NCBI RefSeq assembly: GCF_028641065.1
Contig: NC_073402.1
Location: 15,314,001 to 15,378,000, forward strand
Direction of reading: 5' to 3'
Source of the DNA: Leucoraja erinacea
Taxonomy: Eukaryota
Length of the DNA: 64,000 nucleotides
In this document: positions 37,111 through 50,300 of the stretch, piece after piece
Layout: each line of letters starts with the position of its first letter
How positions within the stretch are numbered: position 1 is the first letter of the stretch
Notes under the pieces: generated by a model
The model's database searches: none
What the model was told of the DNA's origin: nothing
Seen by the model: the letters and a program-made list of their open reading frames with translations, nothing else
Position numbers and translations under genes: made by a program

Positions 37111-38948
37111 AAGAAAGAGATTAGTTAAAACAAATGTAGGTCCCTTGCAGTCAGAAACAGGTGAGTTGATCATGGGGAACAAGGATATGGCGGACCAATT
37201 GAATAGCTACTTTGGTTCCGTCTTCACTAAAGAAGACATAAATAATTTGCCGGAAATAGCAGGGGACCGCGGGTCAAAGGAGTTGGAGGAATTGAGTGAA
37301 ATCCAGGTTAGCCGGGAAGTGGTGTTGGGTAAATTGAATGGATTAAAGGCCGATAAATCCCCAGGGCCAGATAGGCTGCATCCCAGAGTACTTAAGGAAG
37401 TAGCTCCAGAAATAGTGGATGCATTAGTAATAATCTTTCAAAACTCTTTAGATTCTGGAGTAGTTCCTGAAGATTGGCGGGTAGCAAACGTAACCCCACT
37501 TTTTAAGAAGGGAGGGAGAGAGAAAATGGGAAATTACAGACCAGTTAGTCTAACATCGGTAGTGGGGAAACTGCTAGAGTCAGTTATTAAAGATAGGATA
37601 GCAGCACATTTGGAAAGTGGTGAAATCATTGGACAAAGTCAGCATGGATTTACGAAAGGTAAATCTTGTCTGACGAATCTTATAGAATTTTTCGAGGATG
37701 TAACTAGTAGCGTGGATAGGGGAGAACCAGTGGATATGGTGTATCTGGACTTCCAGAAGGCTTTCGACAAGGTCCCACATAAGAGATTAGTATACAAACT
37801 TAAAGCACAAGGCATTGGGGGTTCAGTATTGATGTGGATAGAGAACTGGCTGGCAAACAGGAAGCAAAGAGTAGGAGTAAACAGGTCCTTTTCACAATGG
37901 CAGGCAGTGACTAGTGGGGTACCGCAAGGCTCAGTGCTGGGACCCCAGCTATTTACAATATATATTAATGATCTGGATGAGGGAATTGAAGGCAATATCT
38001 CCAAGTTTGCGGATGACACTAAGCTGGGGGGCAGTGTTAGCTGTGAGGAGGATGCTAGGAGACTGCAAGGTGACTTGGATAGGCTGGGTGAGTGGGCAAA
38101 TGTTTGGCAGATGCAGTATAATGTGGATAAATGTGAGGTTATCCATTTTGGTGGCAAAAACGGGAAAGCAGACTATTATCTAAATGGTGGCCGATTGGGA
38201 AAGGGGGAGATGCAGCGAGACCTAGGTGTCATGGTACACCAGTCATTGAAGGTAGGCATGCAGGTGCAGCAGGCAGTAAAGAAAGCAAATGGTATGTTAG
38301 CTTTCATTGCAAAAGGATTTGAGTATAGAAGCAGGGAGGTTCTACTGCAGTTGTACAGGGCCTTGGTGAGACCACACCCTGGAGTATTGCGTACAGTTTT
38401 GGTCTCCAAATCTGAGGAAGGACATTATTGCCATAGAGGGAGTGCAGAGACGGTTCACCAGACTGATTCCTGGGATGTCAGGACTGTCTTATGAAGAAAG
38501 ACTGGATAGACTTGGTTTATACTCTCTAGAATTTAGAAGATTGAGAGGGGATCTTATAGAAACTTACAAAATTCTTAAGGGGTTGGACAGGCTAGATGCA
38601 GGAAGATTGTTCCCGATGTTAGGGAAGTCCAGGACAAGGGGTCACAGCTTAAGGATAAAGGGGGAAATCCTTTAAAACCGAGATGAGAAGAACTTTTTTC
38701 ACGCAGAGAGTGGTGAATCTCTGGAACTCTCTGCCACAGAGGGTAGTTGAGGCCACTTCATTGGCTATATTTAAGAGGGAGTTAGATGTGGCCCTTGTGG
38801 CTAAGGGGATCAGGGGGTATGGAGAGAAGGCAGGTACGGGATACTGAGTTGGATGATCAGCCATGATCATATTGAATGGCGGTGCAGGCTCGAAGGGCCG
38901 AATGGCCTACTCCTGCACCTAATTTCTATGTTTCTATGTTTCTATGTT
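37105..38948 (+). mobile_element. Young CR1 LINE, 5'-truncated, nested in Rex1
   Basis: [41 protein letters not shown]; +1 frameshift at RPH(L)EY near 38378; (TTTCTATG)n tail. Confidence 0.96.
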
Positions 38949-39075
38949 AACTGCCTGTTTACACTGTAATCCAATAATCAGAAGATCCTGTCGGCTGAAG
39001 GTGAGATTTGCTCGACAAAACGTAACATTGTCAAACAGACATACAAACAAAAACACACAATAATAAGGCATAAGT
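38949..39075 (-). mobile_element. Probable 5' part of the interrupted Rex1/Babar element
   Basis: MPYYCVFLFVCLF...LTFSRQDLLIIG resembles the N-terminal YSRxxLLxIG motif of Rex1 ORFs; same strand as 34581-37110. Confidence 0.6.
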
Positions 39076-39296
39076 ACTAGGACCATAATTAGGCCATTCA
39101 ACCCATCAAGTCTACTCTGACATTCAATCATGGCTGATCTAGCTCTCCCTCGTACCTTTGCCCCATAACGCCTCGTGCCATTTCCCCATAACCCTTGACA
39201 CCCGTACTAATCAATAATCTATCCATCTCTGCTTTAAAAATATCCATATGAGTCAGGGGAAGGGGCTCAGAATTATCTCTCAGTCAGCAGGTTTTA

Positions 39297-40342
39297 GATT
39301 CTAGTTCAAGAGAGTTTATTGTCATGTGTCCCTGATAGGACAATGAAAATCTTGCTTTGCTTCAGCACAACAGAATATAGTAGGCATTGACTACAAAACA
39401 GATCAGTGTGTCCATATACCATTACATACGTAAATACACACATGAATAAATAAACTGATAAAGTGCAAATGACAGATAATGGGCTATTAATGTTCAGAGT
39501 TTTGTCCGAACCAAGTTTAATATCCTGATGGCTGTGGGGAAGTAGCTATTCCTGAACCTGGTTGTTGCAGTCTTCAGGCTCCTGTACCTTCTACCTGAAG
39601 GTAGCAGGGAGATGAGTGTGTGGCCAGGATGGTGTGGGTCCTTGATGATATTGCCAGCCTTTTTGAGGCAGCGCCAGTGATAGATCGCCTCGATGGAAGG
39701 GAGGTCAGAGCCGATGATGGACTGGGCAGTGTTTACTACTTTTTGTAGTCTTTTCCTCTCCAGGGCGCTTTGCCGAACTAAGCCACAATGCAACCAGTCA
39801 GCATGCTCTCTATTGTGCACCTGTAGAAGTTAGAGAGAGTCCTCCTTGGCAAACCGACTCTCCGTAATCTTCTCAGGAAGTAGAGGCACTGATGTGCTTT
39901 CTTAATAAATGCATCAATGTTCTCGGACCAGGAAAGATCTTCAGAGATGTGCACGCTCAAGAATTTGAAGCTCTTGACCCTTTCAATCATCGACCCGTTG
40001 ATATAAACAGGACTGTGGGTCCCCGTCCTACTCCTTCCAAAGTCCACAATCAGTTCCTTGGTTTTGCTGGTGTTGAGGGCCAGGTTATTGCGCTGGCACC
40101 ATATGGACAGTCGCTTGATCTCTCTTCTATACTCTGACTCAACCCCATCAGTGATACGTCCCACAACAGTTGTGTCGTCAGTGAGCTTGATGATGGAGTT
40201 CGCACTATGACCGGCTACGCAGTCATGAGTATAGAGTGAGTACAGCAGGGGGCTGAGCACGCAACCTTGAGGTGCTCCCGTGCTGATTGTTATCGAGTCT
40301 GGCACATTTCCACCAATACGAACAGACTGTGGTCTGTGAACG
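39297..40342 (-). mobile_element. Rex1/Babar LINE, 5'-truncated
   Basis: [44 protein letters not shown]; 3' UTR with AATAAA. Confidence 0.9.
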
Positions 40343-40344
40343 AC

Positions 40345-40710
40345 TTGTTCAAGACTTGATCACAAAATCTTAGGTTGGTGTTGCATTCAGGGCAATGCTG
40401 TCTTTCAGCTGCACCGTTAAACTGAAGTCATATCTGCTCTTATAGATAGATATACTTTAAAGATCCCAAGGTAATGTTTTTTTAAAGAAAAAAATGTTGC
40501 AGCTAGTGATTCCCTCATACCCTAACATCACAATAACATATTACCTGGACACTACTGTATTGCAATCTGGGTGAGTTTAGTCTGCACAAAATGTCTGCCA
40601 TGGTCCCCAGTTCATAACAGTGACCACACTTAGAAATTCTCAAGTGATGGTAGATCACTTGGCAACGACAAGAAAGGCGGCGTTTAAATGGAAGTCCTTC
40701 TTTTTCCTTC
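40345..40710 (+). mobile_element. Old Deu-domain SINE (SacSINE1-like)
   Basis: GCTGTCTTTCAG..CGTTAAAC..AAAGATCCCA..CACAAAATGTCTGCC..ACAGTGACCACACTT..GAAAGGCG..TAAATGGAAGTC follows the DeuSINE order of motifs as I recall it. Confidence 0.6.
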
Positions 40711-42262
40711 TGATTCTTCGGAATAAAGCCAGATGCAAAAACAATTGTCAATATTTTACAGCTTTTTAATACCAAGATACTGTGTTTTTGGGTGGACGCT
40801 GGTGTCTTAATCATTGAAGAATTTTCCTAGCCCAAGATTAACACATGATTAATTGCTGCATCGTACAGTGCACTCTATGTACCTGACAAACAGCTTGACA
40901 TAGTAGAGGTAAAATGTCACAGTCTGACATTCCAGGACGACTGGGTGCTTTGTGGCTAAAGAAAAAAATTCCCATTTAGGCTTAACAATTAAGAAGTGAG
41001 ATTCCAATGTCATGACTGAAATAGAAGAATTGTGAATGAAAATCAACTTTAGATAAATAGACCCTAATGCTGACTGCCGCTTGTGATCAGTTCATTAAAC
41101 CACACCTCACCCATGTTGACAGATTCATTTCCCTGCTTCCACATATGTCACGCATACCCACCTGATGTACACACAGCATGTCGGCGTAACATCAATCATT
41201 GTGCAAGGCACATTTGGCACGCAGCCTGCCAAAATCAGTCTACATTTATGAAACTAGCACATGATGGGGGCAACACATTAAAAAAAAAATCAGCTCTGAA
41301 CAGCAGAAACCATGGTAATTTAAAGACACCATCAATTATGTGGAGCTTTGTTTGAGGATTCACTTGAAGGAAAGATTGTTGGGAGCAGCAGGACTGCATT
41401 TACAGCTGTAAATCCCTGCGCAGATTGTCCTGAACTGACTCCTGGTTTATTTCCAAAATTGGGTACTGTGGTGAAGTCCAAAGAAACCTAACCAGTAGCA
41501 GCAGCTGATGGGGGGGCACAAAGGAGGAATAGGAGAAGCCTTGTAGAGCTGTTGGCTTCGAGTTCCACTGACCCAGGTTCAACCCTGACCTCAGGTGGTG
41601 TATTTGTGGAGTTTGTAAGTTCTCCCAATGATCATGCAAACTCCTTCCTGGTGCTACGGAACCCTCTAGTGTCATAAAGACAGCTGGGTTGGTAGGTTAA
41701 TTGGCCGCTGTGAATTGGGCAAGGGGTACAACCTGAGGGGATTTGATGGGAATGGGTGGAGAAAGAAATGGGGAAACAAGGAACTAGATGCTGGTTTATA
41801 CCAAAGATAGCTACAAAGTGCTTGAGTAAGTCAGAGGGTCAGGCAGCATTTCTGGAGAACATGTCTAGGTGATGTTTCAGGGCGGGGCACTGAAGGGTCC
41901 AGACACAAAACGTCACCCATCCTTTTTCGCCAGAGTTGTTACCTGACTTGCTGAGTTAATCAAGCATTTTGTGTCTATGTTTGAGAATAAAATGGGATTC
42001 GTTTAAATGGGATTGGGATTATGAATGGCTGACATCAGGATTTAGGGGCCCTTGCTGCGATATGTTTTGGCATTGTGTGGGGAGGGGGTGGTGGATCAGT
42101 GGCTAAATGGTGTAAGGGATGGAGGGAGGACATGAATGGGCCAAGCAGCAGTCTGATGATTGGCTGAGGTGATTGGGGGGTAGGAAAAAGAGGGAGTCAA
42201 ACCCCTGCCTTTGCAGCGGGGTCTTGAGACTGGAATACCCGATTTACCTGAGAAAGAATGTT

Positions 42263-42578
42263 AGGGCAGCACAGAAGCGCAGCAATAGAGTTGCTGCCTT
42301 ACAGCGCCAGAGACCCGGGTTCAATCCGTGCTGGGTGCTAAAGACACTGTTTGTACATAGTTAGTACATTCTCCCTCTGACTGCGTGGATTTTCTCTGGG
42401 TGCTCCCGTTTCCTCCCACATTCCAACGATGTACAGGTTTATAAGTCGATTGGTTTCGGTAAAAATGGTAAATTGTCCCTAGAGTGTAGGATTGTCCTAG
42501 TGTACGGGGATCGTTGGACAGCATGGACTCGGTGGGCCGAAAGGCCTGTTTCTGTGCTATATCCCTCAAGTAAACTAA
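42263..42578 (+). mobile_element. V-SINE (HE1-like)
   Basis: tRNA head (GGGTTCAATCC B box), V-domain, GGGCCGAAAGGCCTGTTTC tail. Confidence 0.8.
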
Positions 42579-43092
42579 ATGTTTTTGCCATGGAGCGAAG
42601 GGTCACCAGACTAATTCTTGGGATGTCAGGATGGGATGTGCAGAGCAATTGAGATGATTAGCTTATATTCACAGAAGAATGAGATTTATAAAATCACGAA
42701 TGAACTGGCACACTAGTTGCGGGAAGAATGCCGCTGATGCAGGGAACATCAGGACGATGGATCACAGCCTCAGTATGCAGAGCAGGCCATGGAGAACTGC
42801 AATGAGGAGAAATGTCTTCACCCAAAGAATGACGAGCCTGTGGAATTCTGTACTGCAGAAGGCAGCTGGGGGAAATCATGAAATATATTCAAAACTGAGT
42901 TGGATGTAATCCTAAAGAGATCCAGAAATGTGGGGCGAGAATAGAAACAGGGTCTGCAGTGGATAATCCACAACCATCATATAGAATGATGGGCAGATTG
43001 GCCTACTCCATCTTGTGGTCCATATGTTTATTCCGCCAGGGGGGTGGATGCAGAAGAGGAGCAAGGCCAGAGTACAAAGAGTGGTGGAGCAT

Positions 43093-43391
43093 AGTTTAGT
43101 TGAGAGATATATAGCACGGAAACAGGCCCTTTGGCCCACCAAGTCCGCACCAACCAGCGATGCCTGTACACTAGCATTATCCTACACACTAGGGACAATT
43201 TACAATCTAATGGAAGCCAATTAACCTACAAACCTGTAGGTCTTTGAAGTGTGGGAGGGAACCGGAGCACCCGGAGAAAACCCACGTGGTCATGGGGAGA
43301 AAGTGCAAACTCCGTACGGACAGCACCCGTAGTCATGATCGAACCCGGGTCTCTGGCGCAATAAGGCAGCAAATCTACCACTGCACCACCT
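43093..43391 (-). mobile_element. V-SINE (HE1-like)
   Basis: Same family on the reverse strand. Confidence 0.8.
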
Positions 43392-44372
43392 TGTCAGGAT
43401 GGGGCTGGTGGAGTTTTAATGTGGGGGGAAGTTGTAAGCATGTATCTCAGTGTTTCACTCAACTTCCAGACTACCAAAACCTACCCAGTGGCCATCAAAT
43501 CATTTTGTCCAGAGAATGTCTATCAATGGCAGCTCCCAGGACCACATGCGAGGGACTATGCAGTTCCCCTGCCGTGTTTACAAGGAATGTATGACTTCAT
43601 GTTCCTGAAACAGTAACCGCATTGGAATTGCAATGGTGATTCATGACTGGAAGTGCCTGGTCAAATTTCCTGACTAGCCTTATTTGAACTGGAGATGTTA
43701 CAAATGTGAGTTACTCCTGGGATAAAAAAAAAATTCAGTTCCAGAGTGCCAGGAAAAGCAGCAGGATGCAATCCAATCCCCTTCATTCAATGTTGAAGTT
43801 CTGTTCTTTAAAAGGCTGTGCTTTCCTTGTCGAATACGTGTGCTGAAGGATTTTTCCACTTCTCCATGATGTGGTTCAGAAGACTGAGGCAAAAATGCAA
43901 TTCAAACCAGATGGATGAAATGCACTCACCTCAAGCTCCTTTGCTCTCGGCTCCCTCTCCTCCCCTCCCCCCACTTCCCCTCCCCCCCATCTCCTCCACA
44001 GGGGCAGCTAACGTTCTCACAGTCTCCATATATGGAAGAGCAGACTGCTGTGTGAGTCCGCCTGTCTGTGACTGTTCTGATTGAAGCTGACCCCCATCTG
44101 CATGGCTGATGCCCTTTCTCAAGAACGGAATCTAATACTAAAACCCAACGTTAAATGGAGACAAGAAAGGTTTATGCACATAACTTCAAGACAGTATTTG
44201 AGTACTATTTCTACAGAGGGTGGGGTGGGAACTGAGAGAAAGGCAGAATGTGTCCAGAAAACACAAAAAAGGATTATAAATTAACTTCCAAACAGCTCAT
44301 GGGGTAATTTATTTTACAAATATTTTAATTGCACCTCTGTTAAACATTATAAAATTCACAATAAAAGGCCAC

Positions 44373-45462
44373 GCTAATGGAATTGGGGCTCAACACCTCC
44401 CTGTGTGCCTGGGTCCTAGACTTTCTCACCGCCAGGCCCCAGGTAGTCAAGATGGGAGGGAATACATCGGAGTCCCTCACCCTGAGCACAGGATCGCCCC
44501 AGGGTTGCGTCCTCAGCCCCCTATTGTACTCCCTGTACACACATGACTGTGTGGCTAGGTTCAGCTCCAATTCAATAATTAAGGTTGCTGATGACACTGT
44601 GGTGGTGGGCCTGATCTCAGACAACGATGAGAAGGCCTACCGGGAGGAGGTGGCTGGTCTAGCACTCTGGTGCCAGGATAACAGCCTCCTCTTGAACATC
44701 AAAAAAATGAACGAGCTGATCATGGACTTTAGGAGGGCACATCATCCGAGGACGTACACTCCATTGAGGATAAATGGGGATCCTGTGGATAGGGTGAACT
44801 GTTTTAAATATCTGGGAGTCCACATCTCCGAGGATATGACATGGGCATCACACGCCTCAGCACTCGTGAGTAAGGCAAGGCAGCGCCTTTACCACCTCAG
44901 GCAATTGAGGAAATTCAGAGTGTCTCCGAGGATCCTCCAGTGCTTCTACGCAGCGGCGGTGGAAAGCATCTTGTCCGGGAACATTACCATCTGGTTTGGG
45001 AATTGCTCTGCCAAGGACAAGAAGGCTCTGCAGAGAGTAGTGCGTTCGGCCGAACGCACTATGGGAACTTCACTCACCCCCCTGCAGGAACTATACAACA
45101 GGAGGTGCAACTCCAGAGCAAACAAAATCATGAGAGACCCCTTCCACCCCTGCAACGGACTGTTCCAGCTGCTACGGTCAGGCAAACGCCATGCGGTGAG
45201 AACGGAGAGGTTGAGAAGGAGTTTCTTCCCAGAGGCAATTCGGACTGTAAACGCCTATCTCACCAGGGACTAACTCTACAGAACGTTTTTCCTTCCATTA
45301 TTTATTATGTAAAAGAATATGTGTGTTATGATTGTGTTTATAATTTGTTTGGTTGTTTTGTTGTTTGTCTTTTGCACAAAAGTCCGCGAGCATTGCCACT
45401 TTCATTTCACTGCACATCTCGTATGTGTATGTGACAAATAAACTTGACTTGACTTGACTTGA
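44373..45462 (+). mobile_element. Rex1/Babar LINE, 5'-truncated, with an open 298-aa RT C-half
   Basis: [34 protein letters not shown]; AATAAA(CTTGA)n tail. Confidence 0.92.
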
Positions 45463-45664
45463 CACAGTGTACTTCTTACGGTACGCTGTAAAAATAAGTT
45501 CCTTGAGCTCTAGAGTTGTGTAACATAGACGAAAGACTTGGACGACAACATAAAACAGCCACATCAAAATCTGAGCAGTTACCAGATTAATCCCAAAATC
45601 GGATCCCCGCCATAGGTTTCTTGCGATGCCTTTTATGTGTGTTATGTTTTATTATATTAAGTTT

Positions 45665-46765
45665 TCGGTATGTCAGAGAGGATTCTCTTAAACTTCTACA
45701 GGTGTACAGTAGAGAGCACATTGACTGGTTACATCACGGCCTGGTTTCGGCATCTTGAATGCCCAGGAGCAAGGAAGACTGCAAAAAAGTGGTGAACACT
45801 GCCCAGTCCGTTACGGGTGCTGATTTCATTAAATGGCTTGCAGATCTCATCGGTGTTGGATGTCTCTTTATTGTGCTAGTCACAACAGGGTCCTACAGCA
45901 GATATTACACTCCCCAATACTGAAGGGATTTACAGGAGTTGCCTGCATTATCAGAGACCCACCCCTGGCCACATTCATTTCCTGCCATGAAACTATAGAA
46001 TACTACAAACTCCATAAGAGCTCTGAACTAGAGCTTTAATGACTTGGGACCATTGGTTTTGTATTTTCGCTCTATTGTTTTTTGTTTATATGTGTACGCA
46101 TGCACGTATATATATATATATATATATATATACTAGACAAAGTGCAGACCCGTTGGGTCTGCTCCCCCAACGCAGCCGTTCCCTACCCGTGGTCATCCAA
46201 CTGAAGATTCGAGCACTCAGCAGTGCGGCTGTTTTTAAATGGCGTCTTTGAGGCGAGAGGCGGGCGCCAGTAGCCGTTATGGTCGCTGGCCAGCAGGAGG
46301 CGACAAAATGAGTGAGTGGTCGGGGGGGGGGGGGGGAGAAGGATTTTATTAAAAATGTGTACATAAACATGACGAAATTTAATGAGGAGTGGATACTTGG
46401 AATGAAAAGTGAAATCTCTACCGAAATGGAAAAAATCTGGGTGTTTGTGGATCTGGTGTTGGCGTAGCAACGAATCAAAGGCTGGCACCCACAGGCTGGC
46501 AACCACATGACAGGCTGAAACACACAGCACACACACACAGTTTTAAATATATATATATATATATATAAGATATATATATATATGTGTGTGTGTGTGTGTA
46601 ATGAAAAATGTTCACTACATATACTTTATATATAGTAAACTTTCTCACTTATTATATTTTTTACAGAGTACCATGTTTACATATTTTGTTTATTGGGTTG
46701 TGCCGCTGCAAGTAGGAATTTCATTGTTCTGTTTGGTATAGATGGCAATAAAACAGTTGATTCTT
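45665..46765 (+). mobile_element. Old Rex1/Babar 3' fragment, interrupted by a Helitron in its (TA)n tract
   Basis: NFYRCTVESTLTGYITAWF...LQKVVNTAQS at 45690-45815; Rex1-type 3' end (GGAATTTCATTGTT...GGCAATAAA) at 46710-46765. Confidence 0.65.
46133..46570 (-). mobile_element. Non-autonomous Helitron
   Basis: Minus strand: A|TCTTATATATA... 5' end; 3' hairpin GCAGACCC-AAC-GGGTCTGC (46144-46162), 7 nt before a terminal CTAG|T. Inserted between A and T with no TSD. Confidence 0.88.
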
Positions 46766-47121
46766 GGCTCTCTTGTCAAACGTGGTCTGATTTCCCTTGG
46801 CCATGTGCACAGTAAGCTGGTAAATAGACTGTTGCATTCTTTTTTTTTTAATAGGGTGCCTCAGGATTGAGGATCACCTTTTTCCACTCCAGTTTTGTGG
46901 GCCCTGAGATGTGTGCCGAGGCCAATTGCAAACCACACGCTCTTCCCAGCTTTTCCACAGATGGGGCAGGTGGTGGCTGACAGGACGTGTTCGTGGGTAG
47001 TTTCTGAGGTGGTGTGTTCCTCCTGACACTTCTACACGGTTTCTGGATGCTCCCACTGCATGGAATCAAGGTTCTCAATATCATCCCAAAGTTCTAACCC
47101 AGAACTGTTCCAATTGGAGAT

Positions 47122-47392
47122 AAACATTGAAACATTGAAAATGGGTGCAAGAGTAGGCCATTCGCCCCTTCGAGCCAGCACCACCATTCAACATGATTAT
47201 GACATCATCCAAAATCAGTACCCCGCTCCTGCACTCCCCCCCCTCCCCCCCCCCTCCACCAATGGATATGGGGGGGAAAGCAGGAAGGGGGTACTGATTT
47301 TGGATGATCAGCCATGATCCTATTGAATGGCGCTGCTGGTTCGGGGCCGAATGGCCTACTCTTGCACCCATTTTCTATGTTTCTATATTTCT
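47122..47392. repeat. Palindromic pair of CR1 3' UTRs
   Basis: 47122-47240 is the reverse complement of ~47270-47392, with the tails pointing outward. Confidence 0.85.
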
Positions 47393-50300
47393 ACATCTCT
47401 CTCTGATTGGAACAGTCCTGGGCTAGTTCTCAGGAATCAATGGGAACATTGCATTGTTTCTATGTGTCTATGAGCAGTGTCTTGAATATTTTCCTGAGTG
47501 TCCTGGCAAATCTCTTCTCATGACAGAGCTTGGAATTAGTGTCTGGTGTGGGTCTGGTGTCTGATTACCCTTTTTTTCAAACTGGCTGATAATGCACACA
47601 ACATGATCTCAAAAACAATAGTAGCTTGACCTCGGCACGGCTCCGAACTTCCAATTTTTTCCAATTCTCCCATTTGTGTATTATCATACCAGATCCCAGG
47701 TTACTGCATATAGGAAGTCAGGCCAGGGAAGGTCCTTCACCGTGGATGGCAGGATCCTGGGGAGTATAGTGGAGGAGAGGGATCTAGGAATGCAGGTTCA
47801 CAGTTTCTTGAAGGTGGTGTCACAAGTAGATGGTGTGGCCAAGAAGGCTTTTGGTACATTGGCCATCATCAGTCAGGGTATTGGGTATAGATGGACACAA
47901 AGTGCTGGTGTAACTCAGCGGGTCAGACACCATTTCTGGAGAGAAAGAAAAGGTGATGTTTTAGGTCAGGACCCCTCTTTAGACAGAGTTGGGGGTGAGT
48001 GGGGGGGGGGGGGGGGGGGGGGGGTGAAAGAGTTGGCAGTGACAAAAGACCAGGACAATCTGGACTAGCCGTTAATTACCTCAGGCAGGGTTGTGCCTTA
48101 GTGGGCCCATTGTATAGACAGATGCAAAATGCTGGAGAAACTCAATGGGGCAGGCAGCATCTCTGGAGAGAAGGATTGGGTGACGTTTCAGGTTGAGATC
48201 CTTCATTGTACAGATGTTTGGATGTGATATTACAGTTCTACAAGACCTTGGTGGCTTGGTTCTATGCCTCCTGGAATTCAGCCATTTGTTTCTCAATATG
48301 ATCCTTGCCCATAAATATGGTTTGTGAAACAAATGATATAGGTCTAGAAATTCTAACACAGCTGAAGATGCAGCAGTGGAAAGTTAAAATGAATCTTTGC
48401 ATTCTTTTGTATTCGAAAGGTGTGTTTTGAAGGAAGAGAATTTGGGAGCAGAGGGCAGGTCAGAGTTAATGATTGTGTGGGAACCAGCAGAGGGTATCGA
48501 TCAGTCTGAAGAAGGTCTTGACCCAAAATGTCACCCATTCCTTCTCTCCAGAGATGCTGCCTGTCCCGCTGAGTTACTCCAGCATTTTCCTACACATGGG
48601 GTGTTGGAGCTTGCCACTGCTGAGTGGGAGGAGGGAGGAGGGTGCAGCTGAAAGTCATCGGAGGAGGTTGAAGGAAGAGAAGGGCACTGCTAAAATGGAG
48701 AGGTTACTGGGTAGATAGAATGCTTCAGAGAGATCTCATCACTTGATAGGCTACCTCAAGAATGATATGATCTGGTAGCACTGATTGACCAGGGCTGATA
48801 CTGATGGGGTTTCAGGTTCTTGGCTTCTATTTAGCAACCCCCCCCCCCCCCATAAGAACTGGAATAAGCTTGTGAGAATCACGAATAATGACAGCAACAA
48901 CAATAAAGCAGAGCATACTACATCTGAAGTTTGAATCTTGGGAAGTGGGATAGATGCATGTTTGGGTTTGGGATAGGGATCAGAACATGAACGTGGAATG
49001 GTATTGTCACATGAGACACCAACAATTAACTGGCAAATAACAACATGGACATGATTTTCACATCCCTGTATTTTTGTAGTTTAAATGCCAAGAAGAAAAA
49101 CAAGGGGCTATTTCAGAAACAACTGAAGTAGTTCATCAATGATCTCACAAATCTGTATCTCTTCCTTATTTCCATCCTCTTCTCTCTCTTCCCACTATCT
49201 CTCCCCTCATCTTTCTCTAGAGGTAGTGAACCATTTTGAAGGGCAGTTACAATTATCAGCTTCCCCAAAGCAACTACTGAGTCCCACAGGCAATAATAAG
49301 ATGACAAAATAATACATGTATTTTTGGTGATATTATTGTGATAAGAACAGTCTATAGGACAGGAGCAGTGCAACACCACCACCTCAATTCACATGCAACC
49401 TGATAGTATACTGGTGGATCACCATTCTTTTTATCATTGCTGTGTCTAAATCCTGCAACCCCTCCCTTACATTGCTGTGGAAGTACTTGACTCACCACAA
49501 CCATGAGTAACTCGGGATGGGAATAAATACTGCCTCAATAACCAGTAAACACATAAAACAAAAATATAAATATTTCCCTATAAACATTCTCAGATGTCAC
49601 CTCTCAGAAAGCATCCAACTTTTTGAAATGTAAATCATGACATTGCGTTCATGTCCTGGAATGGGGATGATGGCAGCTTACTCAGGGCCAAAGACCTGGG
49701 TTCAATCCCGACCTCAGATGCTGTCTGTGTGGAGTTTGCATGCTTTCCCTGCAAACATATGGATTTCCTCCAGATGCTCAGGGTCCCCCTGCATCCCCAA
49801 AGATGTGTGGCTTGGTCGGTTAAAAGATTGGCCACTGTAAATGGCCCTGTGTGTGTGGGTGATCGATGGACAGTTGATGAGAAAGTGGTGAGAAGAAAAG
49901 AGTAGGATGAATATGTGGATTTTGATGATCAGTGAGGATTAGGTTGGCCTCAGGGCTTGTTTCCGTATGGTGTCTCTCCCTGACTTGATGGCCACAATAT
50001 AACATATGCTATGAGAGATGTTATTAAAAGGGGAATAACAAAGAGAAACAAACAAAGTGGAGAAACGTACGTGAAACTTGTTTCTAGTTTGGATATTTTT
50101 TAAGGAATGTTACAAATGACCATCTCAGCCACCTGAAAAGACTGCAAACCTCAGAGAACTAGGGTCTGAGTTGGGCCTGAGCGTATACTTGCTAAGTTTA
50201 GTTTAGAATTACAGCTGGTAAACAGGCCCTTCGGCCCACCGAGTCCGTGTCGACAATTTAAAATTGTACCAAGCCAATTTTACTTCGTAGTCACATGAGT

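Noticed and set aside
37639-38157. 172-aa ORF antisense to the CR1 RT, and similar antisense ORFs in L2 and Rex1
   Set aside because: Typical shadow frames of LINE coding sequence.
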